From: Anaerolineae bacterium
GTDB lineage: Bacteria; Chloroflexota; Anaerolineae; Epilineales; JAANWY01
Direction: 5' to 3'
Length of the DNA: 64,000 nucleotides
Assembly (NCBI GenBank): GCA_046753605.1
Contig: JBHHTZ010000001.1
Location: forward strand, 1,244 to 65,243
Positions 53,197 to 63,271 of this stretch are shown here, piece by piece. The notes under the pieces were generated by a model. The model ran no database searches and was not told where the DNA came from. It saw only the letters and a program-made list of their open reading frames with translations. Made by a program: the position numbers and the translations under genes. Position 1 is the stretch's first letter; each line of letters starts with the position of its first letter.

Positions 53197-55782
53197 ATGG
53201 ATCGTCAGCAAGCAGCGCAGTACCTGGCCACCTTCGACTTCGGTCTGGGCGGCCTTGACGACACGTTGCTGGATGCTGACGGGGAGCTACTGGGTTGCAG
53301 TGCCTGCGGTGGCCTGGGGGAATTCATCGGCTCTTCGTTGTCGTCGAGTGCTGTCAAGGACGCTCAGAAGGTAGTGGCAGCGGCTGCCACACCAGGCACG
53401 GAAACGACGAAGGTCGTAGCCGGCAAGCTCGCCCGCAAGGGCGTGGAGCTGGGCAAGATCGCCCACGACCGCGCCCAGGTGGCGTACAAGGCCACGCAGA
53501 AACGCGATCAGCTGGCCAAGAAGGTCGAGAAGCTGCAGCCCAAGGTCGACAAGTTGCTGGCGAGCGACAACCCGAAGAGCAGGGAAGCGGGTGAGGCGTT
53601 GAAGCAGGACCAGTACTCCGCGGCTCGTGCCGCGGTGCGTCTGGAAAAGGTCAACGCCATGGCTTCCGGGATGGCAGAGAATGCGGCAGCGCAAGCGGTG
53701 ATTGCGCAGCAGATAGCTGGCAGCGTCATTGCCGGCAAGCCCGCGCTCACCGGGACATTGACCAGCATGTACAACAAGCTCGGGCAGTCTTCGGCGAGTA
53801 TGCGGAAGGTGCGTAAAGAGCAGATCGTCAGGAGTGCCGATGTCCTCGACCAGGATAAGCTCCGTGCTTTGTTGGCGCGCAAGCGGGCGCTGTTGCAGAA
53901 GAGGGTGGACATCGAGGTGCTGCTCACGTGTGATCCCCGCACGCAGAACTCCGGTAATCTCCGCAAGCAGCAACAGCACCTCTCCATTCAGGTCGCTGCG
54001 ATCAATGCTGAAGTCAGCAAGCTCTGCAAACCCCCGCGGCCGCATTCCCTTGACGAGCTTGAGTGGGCCGGCGGCCTCGGTGAGGCGGTTCTTGCTGGTG
54101 TGGAAGCTGGTCTGGCAGCAAAGTTTGATCCCAAGGCTGCAGCAGCTCGTAGACGAGCGGCACAGGCAGCGAAAAATCGAGAGCCTATTCTAGACGCACG
54201 TTTCAATAACGCGCGCAACAAGGGCTGGATACGTCTTACAAACAGGTCGAGGCTTCGGAAGAGTTTCCATCCTGGGATACGGAACATGCCCTCCATCCAT
54301 GTGTCTGGCGACCTAGATCTCAAAATTGTGCAGGCCGCGCAGGGCGCGTTCAAGTACAACCCGAGGTTCCCCGGGGGCAAGCAGTTCCTTCCCGACGTTC
54401 GTCCTCTGCTGAAAGGGCAGCTAGGTGTTGTAGAGCAGAGACTGGGCAGGAAGCTGACCAGGGACGAAAGGGATGCGTTGTTGTGGCCACAGACGCACTC
54501 TCCGCAGGAAATAGCCAAAGCAATGAAGGCGGCTGAACATAAGAGAAGGAGGGACTACCGTCGGATGGTGGAAAAGAGCGGCTCGCTCTACCGTGTGCCC
54601 GTCGTTGGCGACGTGCTGAACACCACAAAGGCCGTGGCCAAGCCGATAGTCAATGTCGCCAAGGCAGCTGCAGAGACTGCGATACTGCCGGCCACCACGG
54701 CGGTCAAGCTCGTGACGAAGGGTCCTGCAGCGGCCATCAAGAACATCTCGCGCACGATGAAGCGCAGCTTCAACACCGTGCGCAAGGCTGCGGGGCAGCT
54801 CTTTGTAGGGCTTCCCTGCCAGATAGCCAATTCGACGGTGGGTAAGGCCGCGATGCAGATCGGCGCGGCTGCTGTTGGCACCGCGATAGGTGGCCCTGCC
54901 GACACCGTGGGAGGAGCAGTGGCGGCGAACCATTCGCAGGCGGTGACCAAGGCCGCGTGCGGAGGGCTCAAGGAGATAGGGCTTGATAAGGGTGACTTCA
55001 GGACCAGCAAGCTCGGGTCCGCGCTCGAGCACACGGCAATGGGTATCGGGAAGAACCTCGCCGACCCGAAGGCCCTGTTGAAGGATGCGCAGAGCATCGG
55101 CACCGCGTTTATCCCTGGCGGGGCCAGCGCCACCGGTCTGCTCAACAAGTACGGTGGCGAGCAGCTTCAGAAGCTCGGCGTGGGGCAGATCGCAAAGAAC
55201 ATCTCCATACCCGGGGGCGCAACCAAGCTGCTCAGGTCGGCAGGGGTGCCCACCAGCGCCGGAGCTATTCTCAGGAAGGCCGGCTTGCCTTCAGATACAG
55301 GTAGTCTGCTCAAGGCTGCAGGGGTGTCGCCGAATATCAAGGGTGTACTCAAGAGAGCAGGGGTGCCGACAGATCTACCGAGCATGGTCAAGGCGACCCA
55401 GATACTCCAAAAAATGAACATCCCTGCGACTCCGGGAGCCATCGCTCGGGCTATGAATGTCGAGCCCATCCCCATCCCCGGAATGCCTGGTAAGTTCCGG
55501 CTGCCCAGGGTGTTGCCCAAGCAGCTGAACATCAAGCAGATCCAGCAGAGCGCCATGCGCAGAGCGAACCTTGTGAAGCAGGCCCACATAAAGCGTATTG
55601 CAGCCATCGGACGGGCTCGTGCGCTCAGGGGGACCGTGCCGCAGCCGGTCGCGGCCCAGCGGGCGAGGGCCCGCCGGTTGCCACCCCCGCCCCCGCCCCC
55701 GCGTCCGAGAGCTTTACCTCGCGTTACCTTTGCGAGAGGATCCGTGGCCAGGCAGCTGATGCCGTATGTCGGCCGGGGATAG
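53197..55782 (+). CDS. Large alpha-helical/coiled-coil protein (tape-measure-like or internal ejection protein)
   Basis: 861 aa, Ala/Lys/Gln-rich heptad-like segments, Gly-rich hydrophobic stretch AAVGTAIGGPADTVGGAVAA, Pro-rich C-terminus. Confidence 0.55.
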   Translation: MDRQQAAQYLATFDFGLGGLDDTLLDADGELLGCSACGGLGEFIGSSLSSSAVKDAQKVVAAAATPGTETTKVVAGKLARKGVELGKIAHDRAQVAYKATQKRDQLAKKVEKLQPKVDKLLASDNPKSREAGEALKQDQYSAARAAVRLEKVNAMASGMAENAAAQAVIAQQIAGSVIAGKPALTGTLTSMYNKLGQSSASMRKVRKEQIVRSADVLDQDKLRALLARKRALLQKRVDIEVLLTCDPRTQNSGNLRKQQQHLSIQVAAINAEVSKLCKPPRPHSLDELEWAGGLGEAVLAGVEAGLAAKFDPKAAAARRRAAQAAKNREPILDARFNNARNKGWIRLTNRSRLRKSFHPGIRNMPSIHVSGDLDLKIVQAAQGAFKYNPRFPGGKQFLPDVRPLLKGQLGVVEQRLGRKLTRDERDALLWPQTHSPQEIAKAMKAAEHKRRRDYRRMVEKSGSLYRVPVVGDVLNTTKAVAKPIVNVAKAAAETAILPATTAVKLVTKGPAAAIKNISRTMKRSFNTVRKAAGQLFVGLPCQIANSTVGKAAMQIGAAAVGTAIGGPADTVGGAVAANHSQAVTKAACGGLKEIGLDKGDFRTSKLGSALEHTAMGIGKNLADPKALLKDAQSIGTAFIPGGASATGLLNKYGGEQLQKLGVGQIAKNISIPGGATKLLRSAGVPTSAGAILRKAGLPSDTGSLLKAAGVSPNIKGVLKRAGVPTDLPSMVKATQILQKMNIPATPGAIARAMNVEPIPIPGMPGKFRLPRVLPKQLNIKQIQQSAMRRANLVKQAHIKRIAAIGRARALRGTVPQPVAAQRARARRLPPPPPPPRPRALPRVTFARGSVARQLMPYVGRG

Positions 55783-55804
55783 AAAATGAAGGGAAAACCG
55801 CCAC

Positions 55805-56008
55805 ATGGAACCTGTCGTAGTACTGATGAAAGACGTCAACGCGCACCTGCGGGCCTACCGGGCGCAGCCGTTGCGGGAGTACAGCAACGAGCACCGGCAC
55901 GTGTTCTACGTGCCCTCGACGAAGGTCTATATCACCGTCCGCAGTGCAGGACGTGGAAAAGCCGAGATGGAATTTACACAGGAGTGCCCTTGCGGGTATG
56001 ATGACTGA
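55805..56008 (+). CDS. Small hypothetical protein
   Basis: 67-aa ORF. Confidence 0.35.
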   Translation: MEPVVVLMKDVNAHLRAYRAQPLREYSNEHRHVFYVPSTKVYITVRSAGRGKAEMEFTQECPCGYDD

Positions 56009-56054
56009 GTTATTGGGTGCGGATAGGCCGCGCCCCTGAACCGGAGGAAAACAG

Positions 56055-56156
56055 ATGCGAAGAAGGCCCACCAGGAAGAAGAGCTGCAAGTACGGCGTGA
56101 ACAAGCGGACGGGCCGCTGCCTAAAGCACCCGCGCCGGAAGAGCCGGCGGCGCTAG
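56055..56156 (+). CDS. 33-aa highly basic Cys-containing peptide
   Basis: Strong RBS ggaggaaaacagATG; MRRRPTRKKSCKYGVNKRTGRCLKHPRRKSRRR. Confidence 0.35.
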   Translation: MRRRPTRKKSCKYGVNKRTGRCLKHPRRKSRRR

Positions 56157-56433
56157 CTTCGTGAACGGCGGCGCTCGCGCCGTTGCGAGAAAGGATTTTT
56201 CATGTCCCTCGTGGTGACGAGTTGGACGACCACTCGGGTCGCCCCAACGAAGAGTGCTCCGTTTGCGGGACTGGCGTATCCCCTCGCGGCCGAGGGAACC
56301 CCCGGGGCCGCGCCGCCTGCGCGCAACATCGCGGGTGGCGTGGTCCTGGCGTTACTCGGGGCGGGCCTGCTCTGGTTGTTTCTGAGCCCGCCGACTGCGC
56401 GCGCTCGAGGTCGATACCGCTGGCCCTGATACC

Positions 56434-56742
56434 ATGCAGCTTGTGCCCACAGAGATACTCGCCTGGTCCGTGGTCCTCGGGGCCACGGCTGCGGGATTCG
56501 TTTCGGCCGTGCGCGGACTACCCTGGGTGCAGCGGGCCATCATGGACCGCCGCAAGCCCTGGGCGTGCGACGTCTGCATGGGCTTCTGGACGACGGGCGC
56601 GGTAACGGTCGGTCTGGCCTACGTCTTGAACGATATCTGGGCACTGCTCTGGGCAGGACCAGCGTACTCGGTCGCTTTATGGATTTTGCGCAAGCTGGGC
56701 GAGCCCCAGTTGCCGCCTTTGCCGCCTTTACGGGAGGAATAG
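56434..56742 (+). CDS. Small membrane protein with CxxC motif
   Basis: 102 aa; three hydrophobic helices; CDVCMGFW. Confidence 0.5.
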   Translation: MQLVPTEILAWSVVLGATAAGFVSAVRGLPWVQRAIMDRRKPWACDVCMGFWTTGAVTVGLAYVLNDIWALLWAGPAYSVALWILRKLGEPQLPPLPPLREE

Positions 56743-56745
56743 AAG

Positions 56746-57525
56746 ATGTCAAACGGAAATGTACCGCTGCAGTTACGAGGAGGCAGGAACTATGATGCCG
56801 CCCTGGGTATACTCAAGAGCTTCACCATCGATCAGGTGAAGATCGAAACCAACGAGATTGTCGTACTGGAGGGTACGGACGATCTCGATGTTGTACAGAT
56901 AGCAGACGCATTTCTCGGGATCGCCGAATCGGGCTACTCGCTGAGAAACAACACGGATGCCCCCATCGACGCGGCTCTGTTTCTCGAAGACAGATACGGT
57001 AGTTCGATAAAGGTAGACGAGCAGACAGCGGTTCCCAGCGGCACCGCAGCCACGCTTGAGTTTGTTAGCTTTTTCTCGTTACGTAAAGGCGACAGGCTCG
57101 TGGTGCGCGTCACCGGGAGCGTGACGGCCGGAGACGGCATATTGCTCATTCGCAGCATAGCGCAACTCTCTTCGAACTACGCGGAGCGTCTCACGTTGAA
57201 CGAGAAGATCACCCAGACGGCTTTCAGGTATCCGGGAGTTCCGGGTGTTGCTCCTGCTGCAGCGTTTTTGTCTGTTGCAAATTTCTCCGCGGAGGATGTT
57301 GGTTTCGAGGCAACGACGGTTTTCCCCGACGGTAGTCTGGACACCCAGTCGGACGCGGGAATGCTCACTGCGGAAGAGGTGACAGAGATTCCTATTTTTG
57401 CTCAAGGAGGCATCGAAACGCAGGTGCAGTTGGACTCGTTGCCGTCGAGCGGCTACCTGTATGGCGCATACGCCATGATCATCCCGACCGACCGTGTCCT
57501 GATACAACCGCCTCTGAACGGATAG
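56746..57525 (+). CDS. Hypothetical protein
   Basis: 259-aa ORF with RBS gggaggaatagaagATG. Confidence 0.55.
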   Translation: MSNGNVPLQLRGGRNYDAALGILKSFTIDQVKIETNEIVVLEGTDDLDVVQIADAFLGIAESGYSLRNNTDAPIDAALFLEDRYGSSIKVDEQTAVPSGTAATLEFVSFFSLRKGDRLVVRVTGSVTAGDGILLIRSIAQLSSNYAERLTLNEKITQTAFRYPGVPGVAPAAAFLSVANFSAEDVGFEATTVFPDGSLDTQSDAGMLTAEEVTEIPIFAQGGIETQVQLDSLPSSGYLYGAYAMIIPTDRVLIQPPLNG

Positions 57526-57528
57526 TAC

Positions 57529-57702
57529 ATGACAACAAAGAAAAAGAAGCGCAGCTGGAAAGGTTGTGGCTGCCCCAGGGGAGCCAAGCGGATCTCGACG
57601 AAAGGTCGGGGGCGGGGCTGGGCCTGCCAGCTGGAAGGGTATAAGTTGACCAAGAAGGGACGGAGAATCCGGCCCTTCGTAAAGGCAGTCTGTAAGGACT
57701 GA
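57529..57702 (+). CDS. Small basic Cys-ribbon protein
   Basis: 57 aa; KKKKRSWKGCGCPRGAKRISTKGRGRGWAC shares the TKGRGRG-C motif with the next ORF. Confidence 0.45.
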   Translation: MTTKKKKRSWKGCGCPRGAKRISTKGRGRGWACQLEGYKLTKKGRRIRPFVKAVCKD

Positions 57703-57716
57703 AGAAGGAGCGAAAC

Positions 57717-57917
57717 ATGGCGTGTAGATGTCCCGCAGGGTCGGTGCGAAAGGGCACCAAGGGCCGAGGCAGGGGGTTCGTGTGTATCAGCACGACCACC
57801 CGAACCAAGAGAAAGCGGATTAGCGGTGCGACGCTGACCTACGCCTGGCACCCGTTCGTCGCGGCCATCGGTTGCGGCCGGCGCAAGACGACCCGTCGCA
57901 AGAAGCGCCGCAGGTAG
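57717..57917 (+). CDS. Small basic Cys-ribbon protein (paralog of 57529..57702)
   Basis: RBS aaggagcgaaacATG; CRCPAGSVRKGTKGRGRGFVC...RRKTTRRKKRRR. Confidence 0.45.
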   Translation: MACRCPAGSVRKGTKGRGRGFVCISTTTRTKRKRISGATLTYAWHPFVAAIGCGRRKTTRRKKRRR

Positions 57918-57920
57918 GCC

Positions 57921-58153
57921 CGGTGCGCCGGGCTCTGGCGGTGTGTCTGTTCCTGGGCGGGTGCTCAGGGGCTCAGACCGCCCTGGACGACGCGCGTTCG
58001 CACGTGCGCCAGAGCGGTGAGGAGCTTCTGCGCCTGCACGGGATCATCACGGCCGTCTGCATCGAGCCCGAGCCCGAGTTCTGCCCCGAGCTGAAGAAGA
58101 GCTTCAACCGGGTGCGCGACGCCTACACCAGGCTGAACGAGGGCATACCCTGA
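57921..58153 (+). CDS. Putative lipoprotein
   Basis: GTG start; signal VRRALAVCLFLGGCSG carries a lipobox (LGGC). Confidence 0.4.
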
Positions 58154-58284
58154 TGCCCAGATGGTTGCAGATACTGTTGGAAGGCCTCGAGTTTGTGATC
58201 AAGAAGGTCGTGCCGAAGAAGCGCCCGAAGCCGGGACCGGACGTGCCGCGGTTCGAGGAAGAGGAGGAGGAGAAGAAGAAGCCG

Positions 58285-58586
58285 TGAAGTTCTGGGACAG
58301 CAAAAACTTCATGCCGAGACAGACGGCAGAGACGTTCGGGGACCGGCGTTTCCATTACATTCCTTTTCATGATCTAATGGAGGCAGATCGACGAGCTGTT
58401 CGTAGAGCCTATACGCACACAGGAGGCAAGTACGCTTTCATCCACGAGCACTACTATTACCCGGTAACGCGGAAAGGTCGGCTGCCGTTCACTCGTTCCT
58501 GGCGCGTCCTGGCCATCCCGCGCAAGAAGATAGAGGACGAGGCGTACATGCGTTCGCTTGGCTACAAGGTGAACCCCAACTGGTAA
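58285..58586 (+). CDS. Hypothetical protein
   Basis: ORF 58161..58586 trimmed to a GTG after a Glu/Lys-rich upstream mini-ORF. Confidence 0.35.
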
Positions 58587-58595
58587 GAGGACAAC

Positions 58596-59180
58596 GTGGT
58601 GATAAAGACGGTAAGTCCATATTCCCAGCAGTGGGGGCAGTTCTTCATGCTGCTGAGTTCCAATGCGCCGATCTCTCCGACGGTGGTCGAGGGTCTGGTG
58701 CGCGAGGCGCTGCTCGACTGGGACCTGGGGGCTTTCTCTGTCTATCAGACCACGACCCTGGTGGAGACGGACAGCAACCCGGGAGAGGGCGGCACGATCA
58801 AGCAGCTCACCGGCCCCTGGGCCGGCCGGGACATGCCGGGCACCTCGGTCATGGCGCTCAAGGCTGTCGGCCGCACCAAGAAGCGCACCACGCTGTTGGA
58901 GCTTCCCACGGGGGAGACAGATCTCGGCCGCGCGCGAGCGGCCATCCGTAAAGAGGTCTACCCCAGGCTCAGAGCGCAGGGGATTTACGTTTCGTACTTC
59001 GGTTTCAGCCCGTACGGAGCGCCTTCCGTGTCCATGCAGAGACTCGACAAGGATCTGCCGGCCACACCGCCTATTCCGCCCGAGCCTGAAATGAGCACTT
59101 CCTGGTGGGCGTACCTGGGCGCTCTGGGCCTGGCAGGCCTGGCAGCAGTGCTGATAAAGCAGAAACGAGACGAGAGATGA
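58596..59180 (+). CDS. Hypothetical protein with C-terminal TM anchor
   Basis: 194 aa; C-terminal WWAYLGALGLAGLAAVLI. Confidence 0.5.
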   Translation: MVIKTVSPYSQQWGQFFMLLSSNAPISPTVVEGLVREALLDWDLGAFSVYQTTTLVETDSNPGEGGTIKQLTGPWAGRDMPGTSVMALKAVGRTKKRTTLLELPTGETDLGRARAAIRKEVYPRLRAQGIYVSYFGFSPYGAPSVSMQRLDKDLPATPPIPPEPEMSTSWWAYLGALGLAGLAAVLIKQKRDER

Positions 59181-59548
59181 TCACACGTGAGAACATCTGG
59201 TGGTGGCTCGGCGGCGGTGCGGCCCTGTTGTGGTTTCTGTCGCGCACGATGGGCGGCGACGAGATCGAGAAGAAGGGCAAGCCCGGGGAGCTTGAGATCA
59301 CCATTTTCGGTCCCAAGGAAGCGCGACAGAACATCACGGAGATCTTGCTGTCCGCGCGCTCGAACTGCCCGAGTATGCCGCAGCTCACCAAGCTGCTCCG
59401 CGTCGAGGGCCTGGTCTACATCTTCGAGGCGTTGTTCCCCGACGACGTGCAGGGCGAGCTGAACCCCGAGGTGGTGAACTGCATCACCGAGCATGTCAAA
59501 ACCTTCTCCCCCAAGGTCAACAAGGTGGTGGCCAGGAGGGTCAGCTAG
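59177..59548 (+). CDS. Hypothetical protein with N-terminal TM helix
   Basis: ORF 59105..59548 trimmed to MITRENIWWWLGGGAALLWFL. Confidence 0.45.
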   Translation: MITRENIWWWLGGGAALLWFLSRTMGGDEIEKKGKPGELEITIFGPKEARQNITEILLSARSNCPSMPQLTKLLRVEGLVYIFEALFPDDVQGELNPEVVNCITEHVKTFSPKVNKVVARRVS

Positions 59549-59661
59549 AGAGGAGCAGAATATGTCCCCAGAGCAAGCACAGCAGATGTGGTTGATGTCC
59601 ATCCTCGGCCTCGCCGTCACCGGCACGGTCGTGTTCTTCGCCGCCAGGGCCGGAGCCGGTC

Positions 59662-59955
59662 ATGCCTGTCCCACGCGCCGCCGGTAACGGGGCCAGGGTG
59701 AAGCCGGCCGAGATAAGGGAGCGTCTAGCCAAGGAAAATCCCGAGGCGCTCCTGGCTGACGGCCTGGACGACGCGCTGATCGGTATCGGCCGGCGAGCGA
59801 GCAGACATCTGCTCGCGGTCTATGACTACGAGACGGCCGTCAACGTGTTCGTTACCCGTGACGGCATGTCACGGGAGGAGGCCATCGAGCACATGGAATT
59901 CGACGTGGTCGGGGCCTGGGTAGGGGAGAACACTCCGGTCTTCTTGCAGAGCTGA
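59662..59955 (+). CDS. Hypothetical protein
   Basis: 97-aa ORF. Confidence 0.4.
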   Translation: MPVPRAAGNGARVKPAEIRERLAKENPEALLADGLDDALIGIGRRASRHLLAVYDYETAVNVFVTRDGMSREEAIEHMEFDVVGAWVGENTPVFLQS

Positions 59956-59974
59956 CGAAGGGAGAAGCAAAGCC

Positions 59975-60745
59975 ATGTTACAGGCCTTTTCAGCAAGCGA
60001 CATATCCAGGGGCTCGAAGGACTTCGAGCAGCTCAACAACGCTATCGTGGCCGCCAGCCGCCTGGGGCCGGCCTGGGCCAAGCTCGCCGACGACTGGAAC
60101 ACCCAGGTGTTCGAGAAGCGAGCCGAGCTGTCGGTCCTGGCTCCGGTCTGGCGAGGCAAGCTCAACGAGTACTGGGAGAAGTACACGTCGTTGTGGGTGG
60201 CCAACAACGGGCCGGGGGGAATACCGGACCCGATGTCGATAGCGCCGACCGGCACGCCCGCGGCGCTGGTGGCCTCGTACCAGACCAAGGTCGAGGCGGT
60301 GAAGGCCAAGCCCGTGCCGCCGGTCGATCTCACCGAGGGCCAGGAAGCACTCAGGCGGCCGGTAGCGGAGTTGCAGGCCATCCTGCGCAAGCTCGGCTAC
60401 CCTGCGACCACCGCCTACAGCGATGGGCTGTACAGCCAGAAAACCAAAGCGGCCTGGCAGACCTCGGCCAAGAGCCGGGGGCTGAACCCCCAGTTCGACA
60501 AGGCCAGCGGGACCGAGGCCTACGTGAACGCCACCACGTTCACGGCTTTACGCAACGTCAAGCCGGTCATCCCTCTCGGTAAGTCAGGTATGCTGAGTCC
60601 GGTTCCTGGGCCGGAACCCGGCCCGGTATCTGCTCCTGCCACCGGGGGAGGTGTTCCTGTCGGCACGTTGCTGGTAGGTGTGGCGGCGCTTGGTTTGGGC
60701 GCGTGGTGGTTCATTCAGCAAAAGGAGCCCGCTTACGCGGTGTAG
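59975..60745 (+). CDS. Membrane-anchored protein with PG_binding_1-like domain
   Basis: LQAILRKLGYPATTAYSDGLYSQKTKAAWQTSAKSRGLNPQFD resembles the modules of the giant protein; C-terminal TM; N-terminal region paralogous to 61604..62155. Confidence 0.55.
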   Translation: MLQAFSASDISRGSKDFEQLNNAIVAASRLGPAWAKLADDWNTQVFEKRAELSVLAPVWRGKLNEYWEKYTSLWVANNGPGGIPDPMSIAPTGTPAALVASYQTKVEAVKAKPVPPVDLTEGQEALRRPVAELQAILRKLGYPATTAYSDGLYSQKTKAAWQTSAKSRGLNPQFDKASGTEAYVNATTFTALRNVKPVIPLGKSGMLSPVPGPEPGPVSAPATGGGVPVGTLLVGVAALGLGAWWFIQQKEPAYAV

Positions 60746-60748
60746 ATC

Positions 60749-61111
60749 ATGAGATATATTCCCAGCGAAAAAATGTTGCGCAACGTCCTGTTGGGCGTGT
60801 TGCAGAAAACCCACCGAGACCCCGACGACGCCATCAAGGAGTTGCGCAGGATGCTCGTGTACTGGCGGGACGGGCGCATCAAGAGCAGGAAGTTGCTTGA
60901 GGGTGTCAACGAAATCCTCGAAGGGTTCGGGGTCGAGTACATCAGATCCAGAGACGACGACCAGTACGGAGCACACGGCGCGTACTACATCAACCAGGGT
61001 GACACCTATGACCCCACCATCTTGCTCGATCTGGACCGCAACCGGGTCTGGGCCACCAGCTGGGGCGACTGGGTCGAGTCCGAGGAGAGACAGGGCAAGA
61101 AGTTCGACTGA
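60749..61111 (+). CDS. Hypothetical protein
   Basis: 120-aa ORF. Confidence 0.45.
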   Translation: MRYIPSEKMLRNVLLGVLQKTHRDPDDAIKELRRMLVYWRDGRIKSRKLLEGVNEILEGFGVEYIRSRDDDQYGAHGAYYINQGDTYDPTILLDLDRNRVWATSWGDWVESEERQGKKFD

Positions 61112-61611
61112 TGGCTGAAGAAGAGAAAAAATCTGTTGCTCCTTTCCTCGGTGCAGGGGAGGCTGGCTTCCGGCTAGATACTTTGAATAAGGCCTGGAAC
61201 ACCTTGCGCAATAACGTGCTCGGCCGCGGGACCGTTCCACCGGCAGATGTTCCCAAAAGACTTGCTGACGAGGTGGGTCGGCAGTGGGTGGAATGGAGAA
61301 AGTGGTACGAGGATGCTACGAAGTCTTTTTCTGATGCTGCTGCCTTGTTTCACTGGGGCTCCGAGTTCTCCCGTCACCTGGACGCCTGGACTCAGGAATA
61401 TTCCCGGCTTCGAGCTAAGGCGCTGTCTATTCTCGGAGACAGAAGGGTCACGGTTCCCGCTCTGGTTCCTGTTTCCAAGCTCGACTTGAGTATCAAGTTG
61501 AAAGACATGGCTATGTGGGGCGGCATCGGAGGTTTTACATTGGCTATGTTCTGGATCTGGTTACGTAGACCAGTGAGAGAACGACCAGGGAAAAGTTCGG
61601 CCAATGCTTGA
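61111..61611 (+). CDS. Hypothetical protein with C-terminal TM
   Basis: 166-aa ORF; C-terminal WGGIGGFTLAMFWIWL. Confidence 0.45.
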   Translation: MAEEEKKSVAPFLGAGEAGFRLDTLNKAWNTLRNNVLGRGTVPPADVPKRLADEVGRQWVEWRKWYEDATKSFSDAAALFHWGSEFSRHLDAWTQEYSRLRAKALSILGDRRVTVPALVPVSKLDLSIKLKDMAMWGGIGGFTLAMFWIWLRRPVRERPGKSSANA

Positions 61612-62155
61612 AACCTGTTTCGCTTGTGGCCTCATGGAGTTGGAAGCACCGGCTTCTGACTTCGAGAAGCTCAATAACGCCATCGTTCGCGCGGCCATGA
61701 AGGGCCCTGCCTGGGCCAAGCTCAACGCGGCCTGGCAGGACGAGGCCGTCGAGGAGCGCAGCTGGAAGATGGCCATCCCGCCGCTCTGGGCGTCGCTCAT
61801 GGGGTCGTTCTGGACGAGGTATGCGGGCCTGTACCAAGCTGAAAAGAACAAGACGGCCTTTGTCAGCCCCTACGCGGTCGCCCCCTCGGGCATCCCTGGG
61901 GCGCTCAGAGATCTATACGCGCCGACGGTACAGCTGACCGAGCAGGCCAAGCGCCAGGCCGCTCAGGCCATCGAGGACGCCAAGGACAAGGCTGCAGCCA
62001 AGCTCAAGGCGGCGTTACAGGCGGCCGGCGGCGAGATGGCAAAGGGCGCGGCCGAGGAGACGGGCAAGCAAACCACGAACTGGGCCGTCTGGGCGCTGGG
62101 CTTGGGCGTGCTCGGCACGGTCGGATATTTCATCTTACGGAGGAAAAGGGCATGA
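61604..62155 (+). CDS. Membrane-anchored paralog of the N-terminal region of 59975..60745
   Basis: FEKLNNAIVRAAMKGPAWAKL vs FEQLNNAIVAASRLGPAWAKL; C-terminal TM. Confidence 0.5.
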   Translation: MLETCFACGLMELEAPASDFEKLNNAIVRAAMKGPAWAKLNAAWQDEAVEERSWKMAIPPLWASLMGSFWTRYAGLYQAEKNKTAFVSPYAVAPSGIPGALRDLYAPTVQLTEQAKRQAAQAIEDAKDKAAAKLKAALQAAGGEMAKGAAEETGKQTTNWAVWALGLGVLGTVGYFILRRKRA

Positions 62156-62391
62156 GGGTCACAAAGGGAGAGTTGGAGCAGCTGGTCACGGTCTTGAACA
62201 ACCGGATCACAAAGAAGAACAAGGAATACCGGCTGGAATACGTTTACGGAGCTCCGCGCCTGATACTGGAAGAGACGGTGTCGCCTTACGGCGCTGCTCG
62301 GGACATCAGCCCCAGGCTACCGGCCAGGGAGATGAAGATCGGGTTGAGCGCATTCATCGACGGTGTCGACGAGGTCCGACATCCTCATTAA
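62152..62391 (+). CDS. Hypothetical protein
   Basis: 79-aa ORF overlapping the previous stop. Confidence 0.4.
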   Translation: MRVTKGELEQLVTVLNNRITKKNKEYRLEYVYGAPRLILEETVSPYGAARDISPRLPAREMKIGLSAFIDGVDEVRHPH

Positions 62392-62541
62392 TTGAGTTCT
62401 TCTGCGTCTTCGGGATAGTGGTAGTTGGACAAGCGGTTGCACTCGCAGCAGACGAGCCGACCTTTCCACGGCAAGGTGCCGTGCTCGTCGCAGGTGACGT
62501 TTCCTTCCTTGTCGGTCTTCGTCGAGGTGAGGTCGGTCATT

Positions 62542-63033
62542 TTATTCCTTGGCGGCCATTTCTAGAGCGTTGGTCAGGGCGTTGGGGTACGTCGGCAGTT
62601 CCAGGCACAGCTCGATACGGTACGGCCGTTCGTCTAGCTCGAACTCGACACGGCCGTAGGCCTTCTTCAGGTGCTTGCGGCCGCAGTGACTGATCACCCA
62701 GAAGGGAGTCACTCGCGCGTTGAAGACCTTGCCGATCTGCCGGATGGCCTTGAGGCAGGTCCACTGCACCTCGGTCAGCTCGTCGGCGGGCTCGACGACT
62801 TCGAAGCGCACCGGGTCACCGGGCTGGGCCATGCGGTGCATGATGGCTATCTCGCGCACCTCGTTCTCGGTCAGGCGCTTTCGCTTGAACCAGCCGCCGT
62901 ATTCCTTCCAGATGGCCTTGTAGATGATGGTGTCGGCTTCTTTGTCGGGTATCGCTACACCAGCAGCCAGGCGTTCTTTCTGGTTGCGAGTGCCGAATCG
63001 GCGGACGTATTCGAAAAATGCTGGGCTACTCAT
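62542..63033 (-). CDS. Hypothetical protein
   Basis: 163-aa ORF with RBS on the minus strand. Confidence 0.5.
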   Translation of the reverse strand: MSSPAFFEYVRRFGTRNQKERLAAGVAIPDKEADTIIYKAIWKEYGGWFKRKRLTENEVREIAIMHRMAQPGDPVRFEVVEPADELTEVQWTCLKAIRQIGKVFNARVTPFWVISHCGRKHLKKAYGRVEFELDERPYRIELCLELPTYPNALTNALEMAAKE

Positions 63034-63262
63034 CTGTGTTCTCCTCTTTCAAGACGACGGTTTCGTGCATGAACGAGCGCACGGTCAGGCACACCTTGCC
63101 GATACGCGCCAGGCGGCGCAGCCGGTTGTACTGTTTGCGCAGGCGCACGCGCTTGCGCCGGGTCATTTTTCCGGTGGGCTCTCGGGGGATTGCCCGAGGC
63201 GAAAGCGGCATCGAGAACGTCAGGCCGTTGTTGGAGGGCAGGTTCGGGTTCTTGATCAGCAT
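63026..63262 (-). CDS. Small basic hypothetical protein
   Basis: 78-aa ORF preceded on the minus strand by AAGGA and the TTGACGT-N4-ACGTCAA palindrome. Confidence 0.35.
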   Translation of the reverse strand: MLIKNPNLPSNNGLTFSMPLSPRAIPREPTGKMTRRKRVRLRKQYNRLRRLARIGKVCLTVRSFMHETVVLKEENTDE

Positions 63263-63271
63263 GGAGTTCCT

